Source: a virus | Taxonomy: Duplodnaviria > Caudoviricetes | Strand: one strand, 5' to 3' | Length of the DNA: 24,311 nt | Virus record (IMG/VR): IMGVR_UViG_3300031644_000019 | Span: 1-24,311 of that record | Shown: positions 13,984 to 23,151 of the stretch, one piece after another | Layout: each line of letters begins with the position of its first letter | Position numbering within the stretch: position 1 is the first letter of the stretch | Program-made: the position numbers and the translations under genes | The notes under the pieces: model-generated | What the model was told of the DNA's origin: nothing | What the model saw: the letters and a program-made list of their open reading frames with translations, nothing else | The model's database searches: none

Positions 13984-16207
13984 TTTAATAAAGGAATTAA
14001 CTAATTTCTTACCTAAAACTGTTATAGTTAATAAAAACAAGGCTAAAGCTTGGGATTATGGTTATAATGAAAAATACGACTTTGTAGTTATTTCAAAAAC
14101 TGGAGAAATTCAAGACATTATAGAAATAAGCGGAATAAGAATAGCACTTCCAAAGCCACCTAAAAAAATACATTCAAGAAGTAAAAAGAAATCTGAACAA
14201 TATTGGGAGTCTTTTGAGTATCCGAAAAACTTACAAAAAATAAAATCTATATTCCAATGGCATGCAGCTCCTTCATCATTTAAGGACGAGTGGGTAGATT
14301 ATATTGAACAAGAATTTGATAGAAGAGAAGAAGGTTTTTGGTTCATGAATAATGGTGTTCCTACTTATATTACGGGTTCTCACTATATGTATATTCAATG
14401 GACAAAGATAGATATTGGTCTTCCAGATTATAGAGATGCAAATAAAGTTTTTTATTACCATTGGGAAGCTTGTAAGGCTGACAAAAGAAGTTTTGGGCAA
14501 GATTATTTAAAAATAAGACGTTCAGGATTTTCTTATATGGCTAGTGAAGAAGCTAGTAACATAGGGACAATAAGTAAAGATGCTAGGATAGGTATTTTGT
14601 CTAAGACAGGATCTGATGCTAAAAAAATGTTTACAGATAAAGTTGTTCCAATTGTAAATAATTACCCTTTCTTTTTTAAACCTGTGCAAGATGGTATGGA
14701 TAAGCCTAAGACAGAACTAGCGTTTAGAGTTCCTGCATCTAAGATTACAAAAAAGAACATGTATCAGGAGGATGAAAATACTGTAGAAGGCTTAGATACT
14801 TCTATTGACTGGAGAAACACAGGAGACAACAGCTATGATGGAGAAAAATTAAAACTACTTATTCATGATGAATCAAAAAAATGGGAAAAACCTAATAACA
14901 TACTAAACAATTGGAGGGTTACAAAAACGTGTTTGCGTTTAGGTAGTAAAGTTATTGGAAAATGTATGATGGGTTCTACTGCTAATGCATTAGAAAAAGG
15001 TGGAGATAATGGTAAGAAATTATATTTTGATTCTAAAGTTAATAACAGAAACCGTAATGGACAAACTAAGAGTGGTTTGTATAGTTTGTTTATTCCAATG
15101 GAATATAACATGGAAGGTTTTATAGATAGATATGGAATGCCTATATTTAAAACTCCAAAAAATCCAATAATGGGTATAGATGGAGAATACATAAAACAAG
15201 GCGCTGTTGATTATTGGGAGGCTGAAGTAGATAGCTTAAAGAATGACCCTGATGCATTAAATGAATTTTATAGGCAATTTCCTAGAACAGAATCACATGC
15301 TTTTAGAGATGAAAGCAAGCAGTCTTTATTTAATTTAACTAAAATATATCAACAAATAGATTACAATGATTCCTTAATAAAAGATAGATTTCTAACAAGA
15401 GGTTCTTTTTCTTGGAAAGATGGGATAAAAGATACTCAAGTTATATTTAGTCCTAATCAAAAGGGTAGATTTTTAATATCATGGACTCCAAATAAACAAC
15501 TACAAAATAATTACAATACAAGAAACGGCTTAAAATTACCAGGGAATGAACACATTGGTGCGTTTGGTTGTGATAGTTATGATATATCAGGTACTGTAGG
15601 AGGTGGAGCATCTAATGGAGCATTGCATGGACTAACAAAGTTTCACATGGATGAAGCTCCTGTTAATGAGTTTTTTTTAGAATATGTGGCTAGGCCTCAA
15701 ACGGCAGAAATGTTTTTTGAAGATGTGTTAATGGCTTGTGTTTTTTATGGAATGCCTATACTTATAGAAAATAACAAACCTAGATTGTTATATCATTTTA
15801 AGAATAGGGGTTATAGGAAATATAGTATCAATAGACCTGACAAACCATATAATAAACTTTCTATAACAGAAAAAGAATTAGGGGGTATGCCTAATAGTTC
15901 TGAAGATATAAAACAAGCACATGCAGCAGCAATAGAATCTTATATAGAAAAACATGTGGGATTTGATTTAGAAGAAAGTTATAGAGATCGTGATGTAATA
16001 GGTTCTATGTATTTTACTAGGACTTTAGAAGATTGGGCTAGATTTAATATTAATAATAGAACAAAATTTGATGCTTCAATTAGTTCTGGATTAGCTATAA
16101 TGGCTTGTCAAAAAACACTATACCAACCTTTAAAAACAAAATCAAAAATAAAACTTAACTTTGCTAAGTATGATAATAAAGGAAGTTATAGCCAAATTTT
16201 AAGATAA
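13961..16207 (+). CDS. terL: Terminase large subunit
   Basis: Walker A-like KIRRSGFS, Walker B LLIHDE, motif III GSTA, RNase H-like nuclease GCDSYD, IENN and FDASISSG. The called start is TTG. Confidence 0.9.
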   Translation: MQNEDQNSLIKELTNFLPKTVIVNKNKAKAWDYGYNEKYDFVVISKTGEIQDIIEISGIRIALPKPPKKIHSRSKKKSEQYWESFEYPKNLQKIKSIFQWHAAPSSFKDEWVDYIEQEFDRREEGFWFMNNGVPTYITGSHYMYIQWTKIDIGLPDYRDANKVFYYHWEACKADKRSFGQDYLKIRRSGFSYMASEEASNIGTISKDARIGILSKTGSDAKKMFTDKVVPIVNNYPFFFKPVQDGMDKPKTELAFRVPASKITKKNMYQEDENTVEGLDTSIDWRNTGDNSYDGEKLKLLIHDESKKWEKPNNILNNWRVTKTCLRLGSKVIGKCMMGSTANALEKGGDNGKKLYFDSKVNNRNRNGQTKSGLYSLFIPMEYNMEGFIDRYGMPIFKTPKNPIMGIDGEYIKQGAVDYWEAEVDSLKNDPDALNEFYRQFPRTESHAFRDESKQSLFNLTKIYQQIDYNDSLIKDRFLTRGSFSWKDGIKDTQVIFSPNQKGRFLISWTPNKQLQNNYNTRNGLKLPGNEHIGAFGCDSYDISGTVGGGASNGALHGLTKFHMDEAPVNEFFLEYVARPQTAEMFFEDVLMACVFYGMPILIENNKPRLLYHFKNRGYRKYSINRPDKPYNKLSITEKELGGMPNSSEDIKQAHAAAIESYIEKHVGFDLEESYRDRDVIGSMYFTRTLEDWARFNINNRTKFDASISSGLAIMACQKTLYQPLKTKSKIKLNFAKYDNKGSYSQILR

Positions 16208-18643
16208 ATGAAGGACGTAAAAATAAATATTAACTCTACAGGATTTCCAAGTCAATTTGTTTCTGATGCAGAAAAAGCATCACTTAATTTTGGATTACAA
16301 ATAGGACAGGCTATTCAATATGAATGGTTTAGAAAAGATGGTGGACAAAGTAGATTTTATAATCAATGGGCTGATTTTCATAGATTAAGACTTTATGCTA
16401 GAGGAGAGCAATCTATACAAAAATACAAGAACGAATTAGCTGTAGATGGAGATTTAAGTTACCTTAATTTAGACTGGACTCCAGTACCTATTATTCCAAA
16501 GTTTGTGGACATTGTAGTTAACGGTATGGCCGACAGGATTTTTACTGTAAATGCTTATGCTCAAGATGGAATGTCTTTAGATAAAAGAAGCAAGTATCAA
16601 GTTAGTTTAGAAAAAGATATGCTTGCTAAGGACATGGTAAATCAAATTGAAAAACAATTTGGTGTAAACCCATCTAACATGCCTCCTGATGAAATTCCAA
16701 GTACTTCAGAAGAGTTAGCGCTTCACATGCAAATGAAATATAAGCCATCTATAGAAATAGCTGAAGAAGAAGCTGTTAATACTGTATTGGCTGAAAACAG
16801 ATATAACGAAACTCAGAAAAGATTATACTACGATCAAACTGTTTTAGGAATACAAGTATGTAAAAATACTTTTCAACCCGGAGCCGGAATAAAAGTAGAG
16901 TATGCTGACCCTGCTAGTGTAGTGTATAGCTATACTGAAGATCCTAATTTTCAAGATTGTTTTTATTGGGGTGAAATTAAAACCCTTCCAATTATTGAAT
17001 TAATAAAAATTGATCCTAGCTTAACTAGGGTTGATATGGAAGAGATATCTAAATACAGCCAAAGTTGGTATGACTACAACAATACAGCTCAGTATTATAA
17101 TAATAGTTTATTTAGCAAAGACAGTGCAACTGTTATGTTTTTTAATTATAAAACAACTAAAACATTTACCTACAAAAAGAAAGTAAATGCAGCAGGAGCA
17201 GAAAGAGTAATTGAAAAAGATGATACTTTTAATCCTACAGAAGAAATGATGGAGGAAGGAAACTTTGAAAAAATTTCTAAAACCATTGATGTTTGGTATG
17301 AGGGAGTAATGGTTATGGGTACTAGTATTTTACTTAAATGGGAAATGTCAGAAAACATGGCAAGACCACAATCCGCATCTCAAGAAGTATATCCAGAATT
17401 TATAGCTTCTGCACCAAGAATGTATAAAGGAGCTTTAGAATCTTTGGTAAGACGTATGATTACATTTGCTGATTTAATTCAGATTACACACTTAAAATTA
17501 CAACAAGTAATATCTAGAGTTGTTCCAGATGGTGTATACATTGATGCTGATGGATTGAGTGAAGTAGATCTTGGAACAGGTCAGGCTTATAATCCTGAAG
17601 ATGCATTAAGGATGTTTTTCCAAACAGGTTCTGTTATTGGTAGAAGTTATACTCAAGATGGAGATTACAACCAAGCAAAAATCCCTATTCAACAACTTAA
17701 TAGTAATTCAGGTCAAGCAAAAATTCAAAGTCTTATAGGTAGTTATAATCATTATATGTCAATGCTTAGAGACGTAACTGGATTAAACGAAGCAAGAGAT
17801 GGGTCTACTCCAGATTCTTATGCTTTAGTTGGATTACAAAAACTAGCTGCTTTAAGTAGTAACACTGCAACAAGACATATATTAGATGCAAGTTTACAAA
17901 TGTCACAAAGATTGTGTACAGCATTATCTAGTAGAATTGCAGATATGCTTCAATATTCTCAATTTAAAGAAGAGTTTGTAAATCAAATAGGTAAGTTTAA
18001 TGTAGGTCTAATAGAAGAGATTAAGGATTTATATTTAAGTGATTTTGGAATATTTATAGAAATAATTCCAGATGAAGAAGAAAGAAAATTACTAGAGCAA
18101 AATATTCAAATGGCTCTTCAAAGAGATTCTATAAACTTAGAAGATGCAATTGATATTAGAGAAATAAGAAATATTAAATTGGCTAATCAAGTTTTAAAAT
18201 TAAAACGTAAAGCTAAACAAGATTTAGAACAGCAACAGAAAGCAGCAGTAGCTCAACAACAAGCTCAAATAAATCAGCAATCACAGCAGATGGCAGCTCA
18301 ATCAAAAATGCAACAATTCCAAATGGAAAGCCAAGCAGCCATACAACTAGAGAAAGCAAAAGCAGAATTTTCTGTTCAAAAAATGAAAGGTGAAGCTGCT
18401 ATAAAAGCTGAGTTAATGAATTTAGAATTTAACCTCAACATGAAACTAAAAGGAGTTGAAGTTGAAGGATTAAAAAGCAGAGAAATTCAAAGAGAGAGTG
18501 CTAAATCTAATAGAATATCTCAAGCAAATACAGAACAGTCTAAATTAATAGAGCAAAGGAAAAACAATTTACCTCCAGTCAGCTTTGAATCATCAGAAGA
18601 TAGCTTAGATGGTTTTGATTTAGCTGAATTTGAACCTAGGTGA
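16208..18643 (+). CDS. Portal protein
   Basis: 811 aa directly after TerL; PIIPKFVDIVVNG and TGLNEARDG; long Q-rich C-terminal coiled coil (P22-like barrel). Confidence 0.85.
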   Translation: MKDVKININSTGFPSQFVSDAEKASLNFGLQIGQAIQYEWFRKDGGQSRFYNQWADFHRLRLYARGEQSIQKYKNELAVDGDLSYLNLDWTPVPIIPKFVDIVVNGMADRIFTVNAYAQDGMSLDKRSKYQVSLEKDMLAKDMVNQIEKQFGVNPSNMPPDEIPSTSEELALHMQMKYKPSIEIAEEEAVNTVLAENRYNETQKRLYYDQTVLGIQVCKNTFQPGAGIKVEYADPASVVYSYTEDPNFQDCFYWGEIKTLPIIELIKIDPSLTRVDMEEISKYSQSWYDYNNTAQYYNNSLFSKDSATVMFFNYKTTKTFTYKKKVNAAGAERVIEKDDTFNPTEEMMEEGNFEKISKTIDVWYEGVMVMGTSILLKWEMSENMARPQSASQEVYPEFIASAPRMYKGALESLVRRMITFADLIQITHLKLQQVISRVVPDGVYIDADGLSEVDLGTGQAYNPEDALRMFFQTGSVIGRSYTQDGDYNQAKIPIQQLNSNSGQAKIQSLIGSYNHYMSMLRDVTGLNEARDGSTPDSYALVGLQKLAALSSNTATRHILDASLQMSQRLCTALSSRIADMLQYSQFKEEFVNQIGKFNVGLIEEIKDLYLSDFGIFIEIIPDEEERKLLEQNIQMALQRDSINLEDAIDIREIRNIKLANQVLKLKRKAKQDLEQQQKAAVAQQQAQINQQSQQMAAQSKMQQFQMESQAAIQLEKAKAEFSVQKMKGEAAIKAELMNLEFNLNMKLKGVEVEGLKSREIQRESAKSNRISQANTEQSKLIEQRKNNLPPVSFESSEDSLDGFDLAEFEPR

Positions 18644-18674
18644 TTTTATTAAAATTAAATTTAAATTATATATA

Positions 18675-18682
18675 TAACTTTG
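18675..18682 (+). promoter_or_regulatory. -7 promoter element TAACTTTG for scaffold-capsid
   Basis: TAnnTTTG 16 nt before the ATG at 18699. Confidence 0.7.
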
Positions 18683-18698
18683 TAAAAAATTAAATCAA

Positions 18699-19790
18699 AT
18701 GGAAATTAAAGTATCTGAAGTAAACCCTTTAGAACAAAAGTCAGTTCAAGAGGTAGAAAAAAATCTTTTAGACAAACATGAAAAAGAATTAATGTTTGGG
18801 CAGGTGGAATCTGAAAACTTGTCAGAGGTAAAAGAAGAAGAAAAAGAAGAAGTTTCTCCAACTATAAAGGATGAAGACGTTCTTTCATATATTAATAATA
18901 GATATAATAAAGACATATCTTCAGTAGATGATTTATTTTCTCAAAAAGAAATAAATGAAGAACTACCAGAGGATGTTTCTAAATATTTAAATTTTAAAAA
19001 AGAAACTGGTCGGGGTTTTAATGATTTTGTAAAAGCCAATAGGGATTACGATGATTTAAACGAAGACCAAGTGTTAGCAGAATATTATTCTTTAACAGAA
19101 ACTGATTTAGATAATGATGATATTCATTACCTAATTGAAGATAAGTTTTCATACGATGAAGACTTAGATGATGAAAAAGAAGTTAAAAAGAAAAATATAG
19201 CTAAAAAAAGAGAACTTTCTAAAGCTAAAAAGTATCTTAATGATTTTAAAGAAAAATACAGCGTTCCTCTTGAGTCAAGTGGGAAAGCTATTTCTGAAGA
19301 AAACAAAAAGGAACTTGAAGCTTACCAAAGTTATATTCAAGAATCTAAAACAGTTCAAGAAGCTAATCTTAAAAAGAATGAGTATTTTGAAAAAAGAACA
19401 AGTGAAGTTTTTAACTCTGAATTCAAAGGTTTTGAGTTCGAAATAGGAGATAAAAAAATAGGTTATTCTTATGGAGATGCACAGGAAATGAAAGCGAAAC
19501 AAATGGATCTGAATAATTTCATAGGTAAATACCTAGGAGATGACGGATTGATTAAAGACGCAAAAGGTTGGCATAAAGCAATTAGTGCTGCAATGGATCC
19601 TGACCGCTTTGCAAAGTATTTTTATGAGCAAGGTAAAGCCGATAGTGTAGGAGATATTTCTAAACAAAGTAAAAACATCAATATGAAGATGAGAGGTACT
19701 CCACAAGCAATAGGTGAAACAGGATTTAAAGCAAGACAAATTAATGACGCATCTGGAAAAGGTTTAAGAATAAGAAGTAAAAATAAATAA
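18699..19790 (+). CDS. Putative capsid scaffolding protein
   Basis: Very acidic, helical 363-aa protein between portal and MCP; FYEQGKAD near the C-terminus. Confidence 0.7.
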   Translation: MEIKVSEVNPLEQKSVQEVEKNLLDKHEKELMFGQVESENLSEVKEEEKEEVSPTIKDEDVLSYINNRYNKDISSVDDLFSQKEINEELPEDVSKYLNFKKETGRGFNDFVKANRDYDDLNEDQVLAEYYSLTETDLDNDDIHYLIEDKFSYDEDLDDEKEVKKKNIAKKRELSKAKKYLNDFKEKYSVPLESSGKAISEENKKELEAYQSYIQESKTVQEANLKKNEYFEKRTSEVFNSEFKGFEFEIGDKKIGYSYGDAQEMKAKQMDLNNFIGKYLGDDGLIKDAKGWHKAISAAMDPDRFAKYFYEQGKADSVGDISKQSKNINMKMRGTPQAIGETGFKARQINDASGKGLRIRSKNK

Positions 19791-19815
19791 ATAACAATTT
19801 TAAAAATTAAAAAAA

Positions 19816-21243
19816 ATGGCAGGATCAGTACAGAATGTTCCAGGGTTTGACTTACAGCCAAGCTCAGAACAAGTCTTATTACAGACAAATTACATTACTA
19901 ACTTTGATTTCTTGAATCAGTATCTTCCAGATACTTACGAAAAAGAATTTGAACGTTATGGAAACAGAACAGTAGCATCATTCTTAAGAATGGTAGGCGC
20001 TGAAATGCCTTCTAACTCAGACCTTATTAAATGGGCAGAGCAAGGAAGACTACACACGAAGTATACAAATGTAACTTCAGCAGGAGCAGCAGGAGTTGAT
20101 ACAGCAACGTTGACAATTGGAGATGCCTTAGTACCAGGTTCTGGTTCTATAGCTATTCGTGTTGGACAAACAATTATGTTATCTGATAGTACTGCGGCCT
20201 CAACTAATAGCAACAAGGCAATTGTAACAGCAGTAGATACTGCAGCAGGAACAATTGATGTAGCTTATTATGAAGCAGCAGGACAAACAATGGCAGCAGC
20301 AGTTGTATGTTCATTGTTTATTTATGGTTCAGAATTTCAAAAAGGTTCTATCGGAATGCAAGGTCAACTTGAAGCTGATGATTCTATATTTGAAAACTCT
20401 CCAATTATCATTAAAGACCGTTACGCAGTATCTGGTTCTGATATGGCTCAAATTGGATGGATTGAAGTAACTACAGAAAACGGTGCAACTGGATTCTTAT
20501 GGTACATGAAATCAGAACATGAAACTCGTTTACGTTTTGAGGACTACCTTGAAACATCAATGGTTGAAGCCGTACCAGCAGAAGCAGGTGGTGGAGCAGC
20601 AGCAATTGTAGAAGGAGTTGCATCTGGAGTAGGTAACAAAGGTTCAGAAGGTATGTTCTATGTTATTGAAAATAGAGGTAATGTTTGGGCAGGTGGAAAT
20701 CCTAATGCATTAGCAGATTTTGATGCAATTATTTCTCGTCTAGATAAGCAAGGTTCTATTGAAGAAAATGTTATTTTCTTAAACAGAGACTTTGGATTTG
20801 ATATAGATGATATGTTAGCACAACAAAACTCTTATGGAGCAGGTGGTACATCTTATGGTCTTTTTGACAATGACGAAGAGATGGCTTTAAATCTAGGATT
20901 TACAGGATTCCGTAGAGGTTATGATTTCTACAAAACAGACTGGAAATACCTAAACGACCCAACAATGCGTGGAGATATCGTAGGTGGAGCTGTTAATGGT
21001 GTTTTAGTACCAGCAGGTTCAACTACTGTATATGACCAAGTATTAGGAAAGAATGCAAAGCGTCCTTTCTTACATGTTCGTTACAGAGCTTCAGAAACTG
21101 AAGACAGACGTTATAAGACTTGGATTACAGGTTCTGCAGGTGGAGCAGCTACTTCTAGCTTAGATGCTATGGAAGTAAACTTCTTATCTGAAAGAGCTTT
21201 ATGTACTTTAGGTGCTAATAACTTCTTTATTTTCACAAACTAG
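19816..21243 (+). CDS. Major capsid protein (HK97 fold)
   Basis: 475 aa after the scaffold; QYLPD.YEKEFERYG, WAEQGRLH, GFRRGYDFYK; strong terminator follows. Confidence 0.85.
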   Translation: MAGSVQNVPGFDLQPSSEQVLLQTNYITNFDFLNQYLPDTYEKEFERYGNRTVASFLRMVGAEMPSNSDLIKWAEQGRLHTKYTNVTSAGAAGVDTATLTIGDALVPGSGSIAIRVGQTIMLSDSTAASTNSNKAIVTAVDTAAGTIDVAYYEAAGQTMAAAVVCSLFIYGSEFQKGSIGMQGQLEADDSIFENSPIIIKDRYAVSGSDMAQIGWIEVTTENGATGFLWYMKSEHETRLRFEDYLETSMVEAVPAEAGGGAAAIVEGVASGVGNKGSEGMFYVIENRGNVWAGGNPNALADFDAIISRLDKQGSIEENVIFLNRDFGFDIDDMLAQQNSYGAGGTSYGLFDNDEEMALNLGFTGFRRGYDFYKTDWKYLNDPTMRGDIVGGAVNGVLVPAGSTTVYDQVLGKNAKRPFLHVRYRASETEDRRYKTWITGSAGGAATSSLDAMEVNFLSERALCTLGANNFFIFTN

Positions 21244-21255
21244 AAGTAAATTATT

Positions 21256-21290
21256 AAAAGGGAGTGAAATTAAGTAGCTCCCTTTTTTTT
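21256..21290 (+). terminator. Rho-independent terminator after the MCP gene
   Basis: AAAAGGGAGT / GCTCCCTTTT stem and T-tract. Confidence 0.8.
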
Positions 21291-21319
21291 ATTATAAATT
21301 AAATTTAAATTCAATAAAA

Positions 21320-22069
21320 ATGGCAGTAAAAAAGAAACAAGTATTTGTAGATAAAATCTACAAATTAACACAAGACAAAGCACCTTTAAGCTATACTATT
21401 CCTTCAAGAAATTCAAAAAGAAAATCATTATTATGGTTTGATGAAGAAACTGGAGAAAATAAAGCATTGCGTTATGCAAAAAATACAAAAAGTGTTTTTG
21501 AAGATGAGCAAGATAAAAATGTTATTTTAGAGCCTATCGTCTTTGAAGATGGTATGTTGTTTGTTCCAAAACAAAATCAGATATTACAAAAATTCTTATC
21601 TTATCATCCATCAAACGGAAATATGTTTGAAGAAGTTGATAAAGAAAAAGATGCAAGTGTAGATGTAGAGTCTTTAGATTTGGCACTAGAGTCTCAATTA
21701 ATAGCAAAAGAACTAAGTATTGAAATGCTTGAAACTATTGCTAGAGTTGTAATAGGTTTAAGGATTGAAAATTTAACCTCTTCAGAATTAAAAAGAGATG
21801 TTAGGATGTTTGCAAAAAGATACCCTAATGACTTTATGGAGGCTATGAATGATCCTTTATTAAAGCTTCAAAACAAATGTGCTAATTATTTTAGTGAAAG
21901 TCTTTTAACACTTAAAAACAAAAAAGATGTTTATTACAATTTAAAAGGTAATAAAAATAAATTACTAACTGTTCCTTATGGAGAAGATCCATTATTTATA
22001 GTGGCGTCATTTTTACAGAGTGATGAAGGGTTAGAAGTTTTAAAGATATTAGAATCTAAAATGAAATAA
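21320..22069 (+). CDS. Conserved hypothetical protein following the MCP
   Basis: 249 aa; LRYA.N..S.F.DEQ, I.FEDG.L.VP, YHP.NG motifs. Confidence 0.8.
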   Translation: MAVKKKQVFVDKIYKLTQDKAPLSYTIPSRNSKRKSLLWFDEETGENKALRYAKNTKSVFEDEQDKNVILEPIVFEDGMLFVPKQNQILQKFLSYHPSNGNMFEEVDKEKDASVDVESLDLALESQLIAKELSIEMLETIARVVIGLRIENLTSSELKRDVRMFAKRYPNDFMEAMNDPLLKLQNKCANYFSESLLTLKNKKDVYYNLKGNKNKLLTVPYGEDPLFIVASFLQSDEGLEVLKILESKMK

Positions 22070-22090
22070 TATCTTACAATAATTATATAT

Positions 22091-22123
22091 AAAGAGGCTT
22101 CAAAATATGAAGCCTCTTTTTTT
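22091..22123 (+). terminator. Rho-independent terminator (possibly bidirectional)
   Basis: Perfect 12-bp stem AAAGAGGCTTCA / TGAAGCCTCTTT, 5-nt loop, T-tract. Confidence 0.9.
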
Positions 22124-22124
22124 G

Positions 22125-22132
22125 TATCTTTG
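22125..22132 (+). promoter_or_regulatory. -7 promoter element TATCTTTG for the tail operon
   Basis: TAnnTTTG abutting the terminator, 17 nt before the ATG at 22150. Confidence 0.7.
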
Positions 22133-22149
22133 TGAAAACGATTTTATAA

Positions 22150-23148
22150 ATGGCCTCGATAATAAACACAGTAAGAGCTACTGTTCTTTCAATTGCTAAT
22201 AAGAACAATTACGGGTATATAACTCCAAATGATTTTAATTTGTATGCAAAGCAAGCTCAATTAGATATATTTGAAGATTACTTTTATCAGTACAATAGTT
22301 GGATTGTAAAGCAAAATGCAAGAGTGTCTGGAAGTAATTATGCTAATATTGTAAAATCATTAGTTGAAGTTATAGATAGCTTTTCATCTACTAAAGGATT
22401 AATAAACACAGGAATCAATTTATTTGATTTGCCTGATGATTACTATTTGATAGATAAAGTAAACTACTATCCAAATATTACTACTACAGGAACTATTACT
22501 TTTGGTTCAATTGGAACAACTTTAATTGATTCGGCTGCAAATTTTCTAGGATTAGTAGGTGGTTCAATTCCTGTAAAACCAGGTATGTTAATAACAAACA
22601 CAAGCGCAGGAGGATTATATTCAGGAGCAAGTGCATTTGTCGTTAGTGTAGATAGCAATACTCAGTTAACAATATCAAGTAATGATTTTCTAACTGGAAG
22701 TTTTGGAGATACTTCTTATACTATATTAAACACAAAAGGTATTACAGAAGTAGAAAGAGTTTCTCAGAATAAAATATTTTATTTAAATTCCACACCACTC
22801 ACATCACCAGGTCTTTTATTTCCTGCGTATGTATTAGGTGGAGCTAATAATATAAACACGGGTAATACTATTACTGTTTATCCTGAATCTATTGTTAATG
22901 CAGGTACAGTTGTTTCTCAATATATTAGATACCCTAAAGATCCTAATTGGACATATGCTACATTAGCAGCAGGGGAGCCTCTGTTTGATGAGTCAGCAGC
23001 TGATTATCAAGACTTTGAATTACCTTTATCAGATCAAGTTAATATTATAAATAAAATATTACAATACGCAGGTATGTCTATAAGAGAAGTAACATTAACT
23101 CAGTTTGGTCAAGTACAGGATCAACTAGATGATAAACAACAATCATAA
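22150..23148 (+). CDS. Head-tail adaptor / tail ring protein
   Basis: NKNNYGYITPNDFN..A..AQ, LP.D.Y, YIRYP.DP.W and DFELP, as in crAss/phi38:1-type ring proteins; position after the head genes. Confidence 0.65.
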   Translation: MASIINTVRATVLSIANKNNYGYITPNDFNLYAKQAQLDIFEDYFYQYNSWIVKQNARVSGSNYANIVKSLVEVIDSFSSTKGLINTGINLFDLPDDYYLIDKVNYYPNITTTGTITFGSIGTTLIDSAANFLGLVGGSIPVKPGMLITNTSAGGLYSGASAFVVSVDSNTQLTISSNDFLTGSFGDTSYTILNTKGITEVERVSQNKIFYLNSTPLTSPGLLFPAYVLGGANNINTGNTITVYPESIVNAGTVVSQYIRYPKDPNWTYATLAAGEPLFDESAADYQDFELPLSDQVNIINKILQYAGMSIREVTLTQFGQVQDQLDDKQQS

Positions 23149-23151
23149 AAA

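Noticed and set aside
18225-18345. CAA/CAG-rich repeat in the portal gene
   Set aside because: Explained by the Gln-rich coiled-coil barrel common in podovirus portals.
13961-21243. Introns or inteins in terminase, portal or capsid genes
   Set aside because: The frames are uninterrupted and I saw no intein splice motifs or embedded homing endonuclease.
478-22658. Many minus-strand and alternate-frame ORFs in the track (e.g. 478-696, 1405-1905, 3185-3403, 4113-4349, 9481-9699, 14863-15192, 19240-19446, 20270-20470)
   Set aside because: They are shadows of well-supported plus-strand genes, with no motifs or expression signals. The Phe/Leu-rich antisense ORFs simply mirror Lys-rich sense codons.
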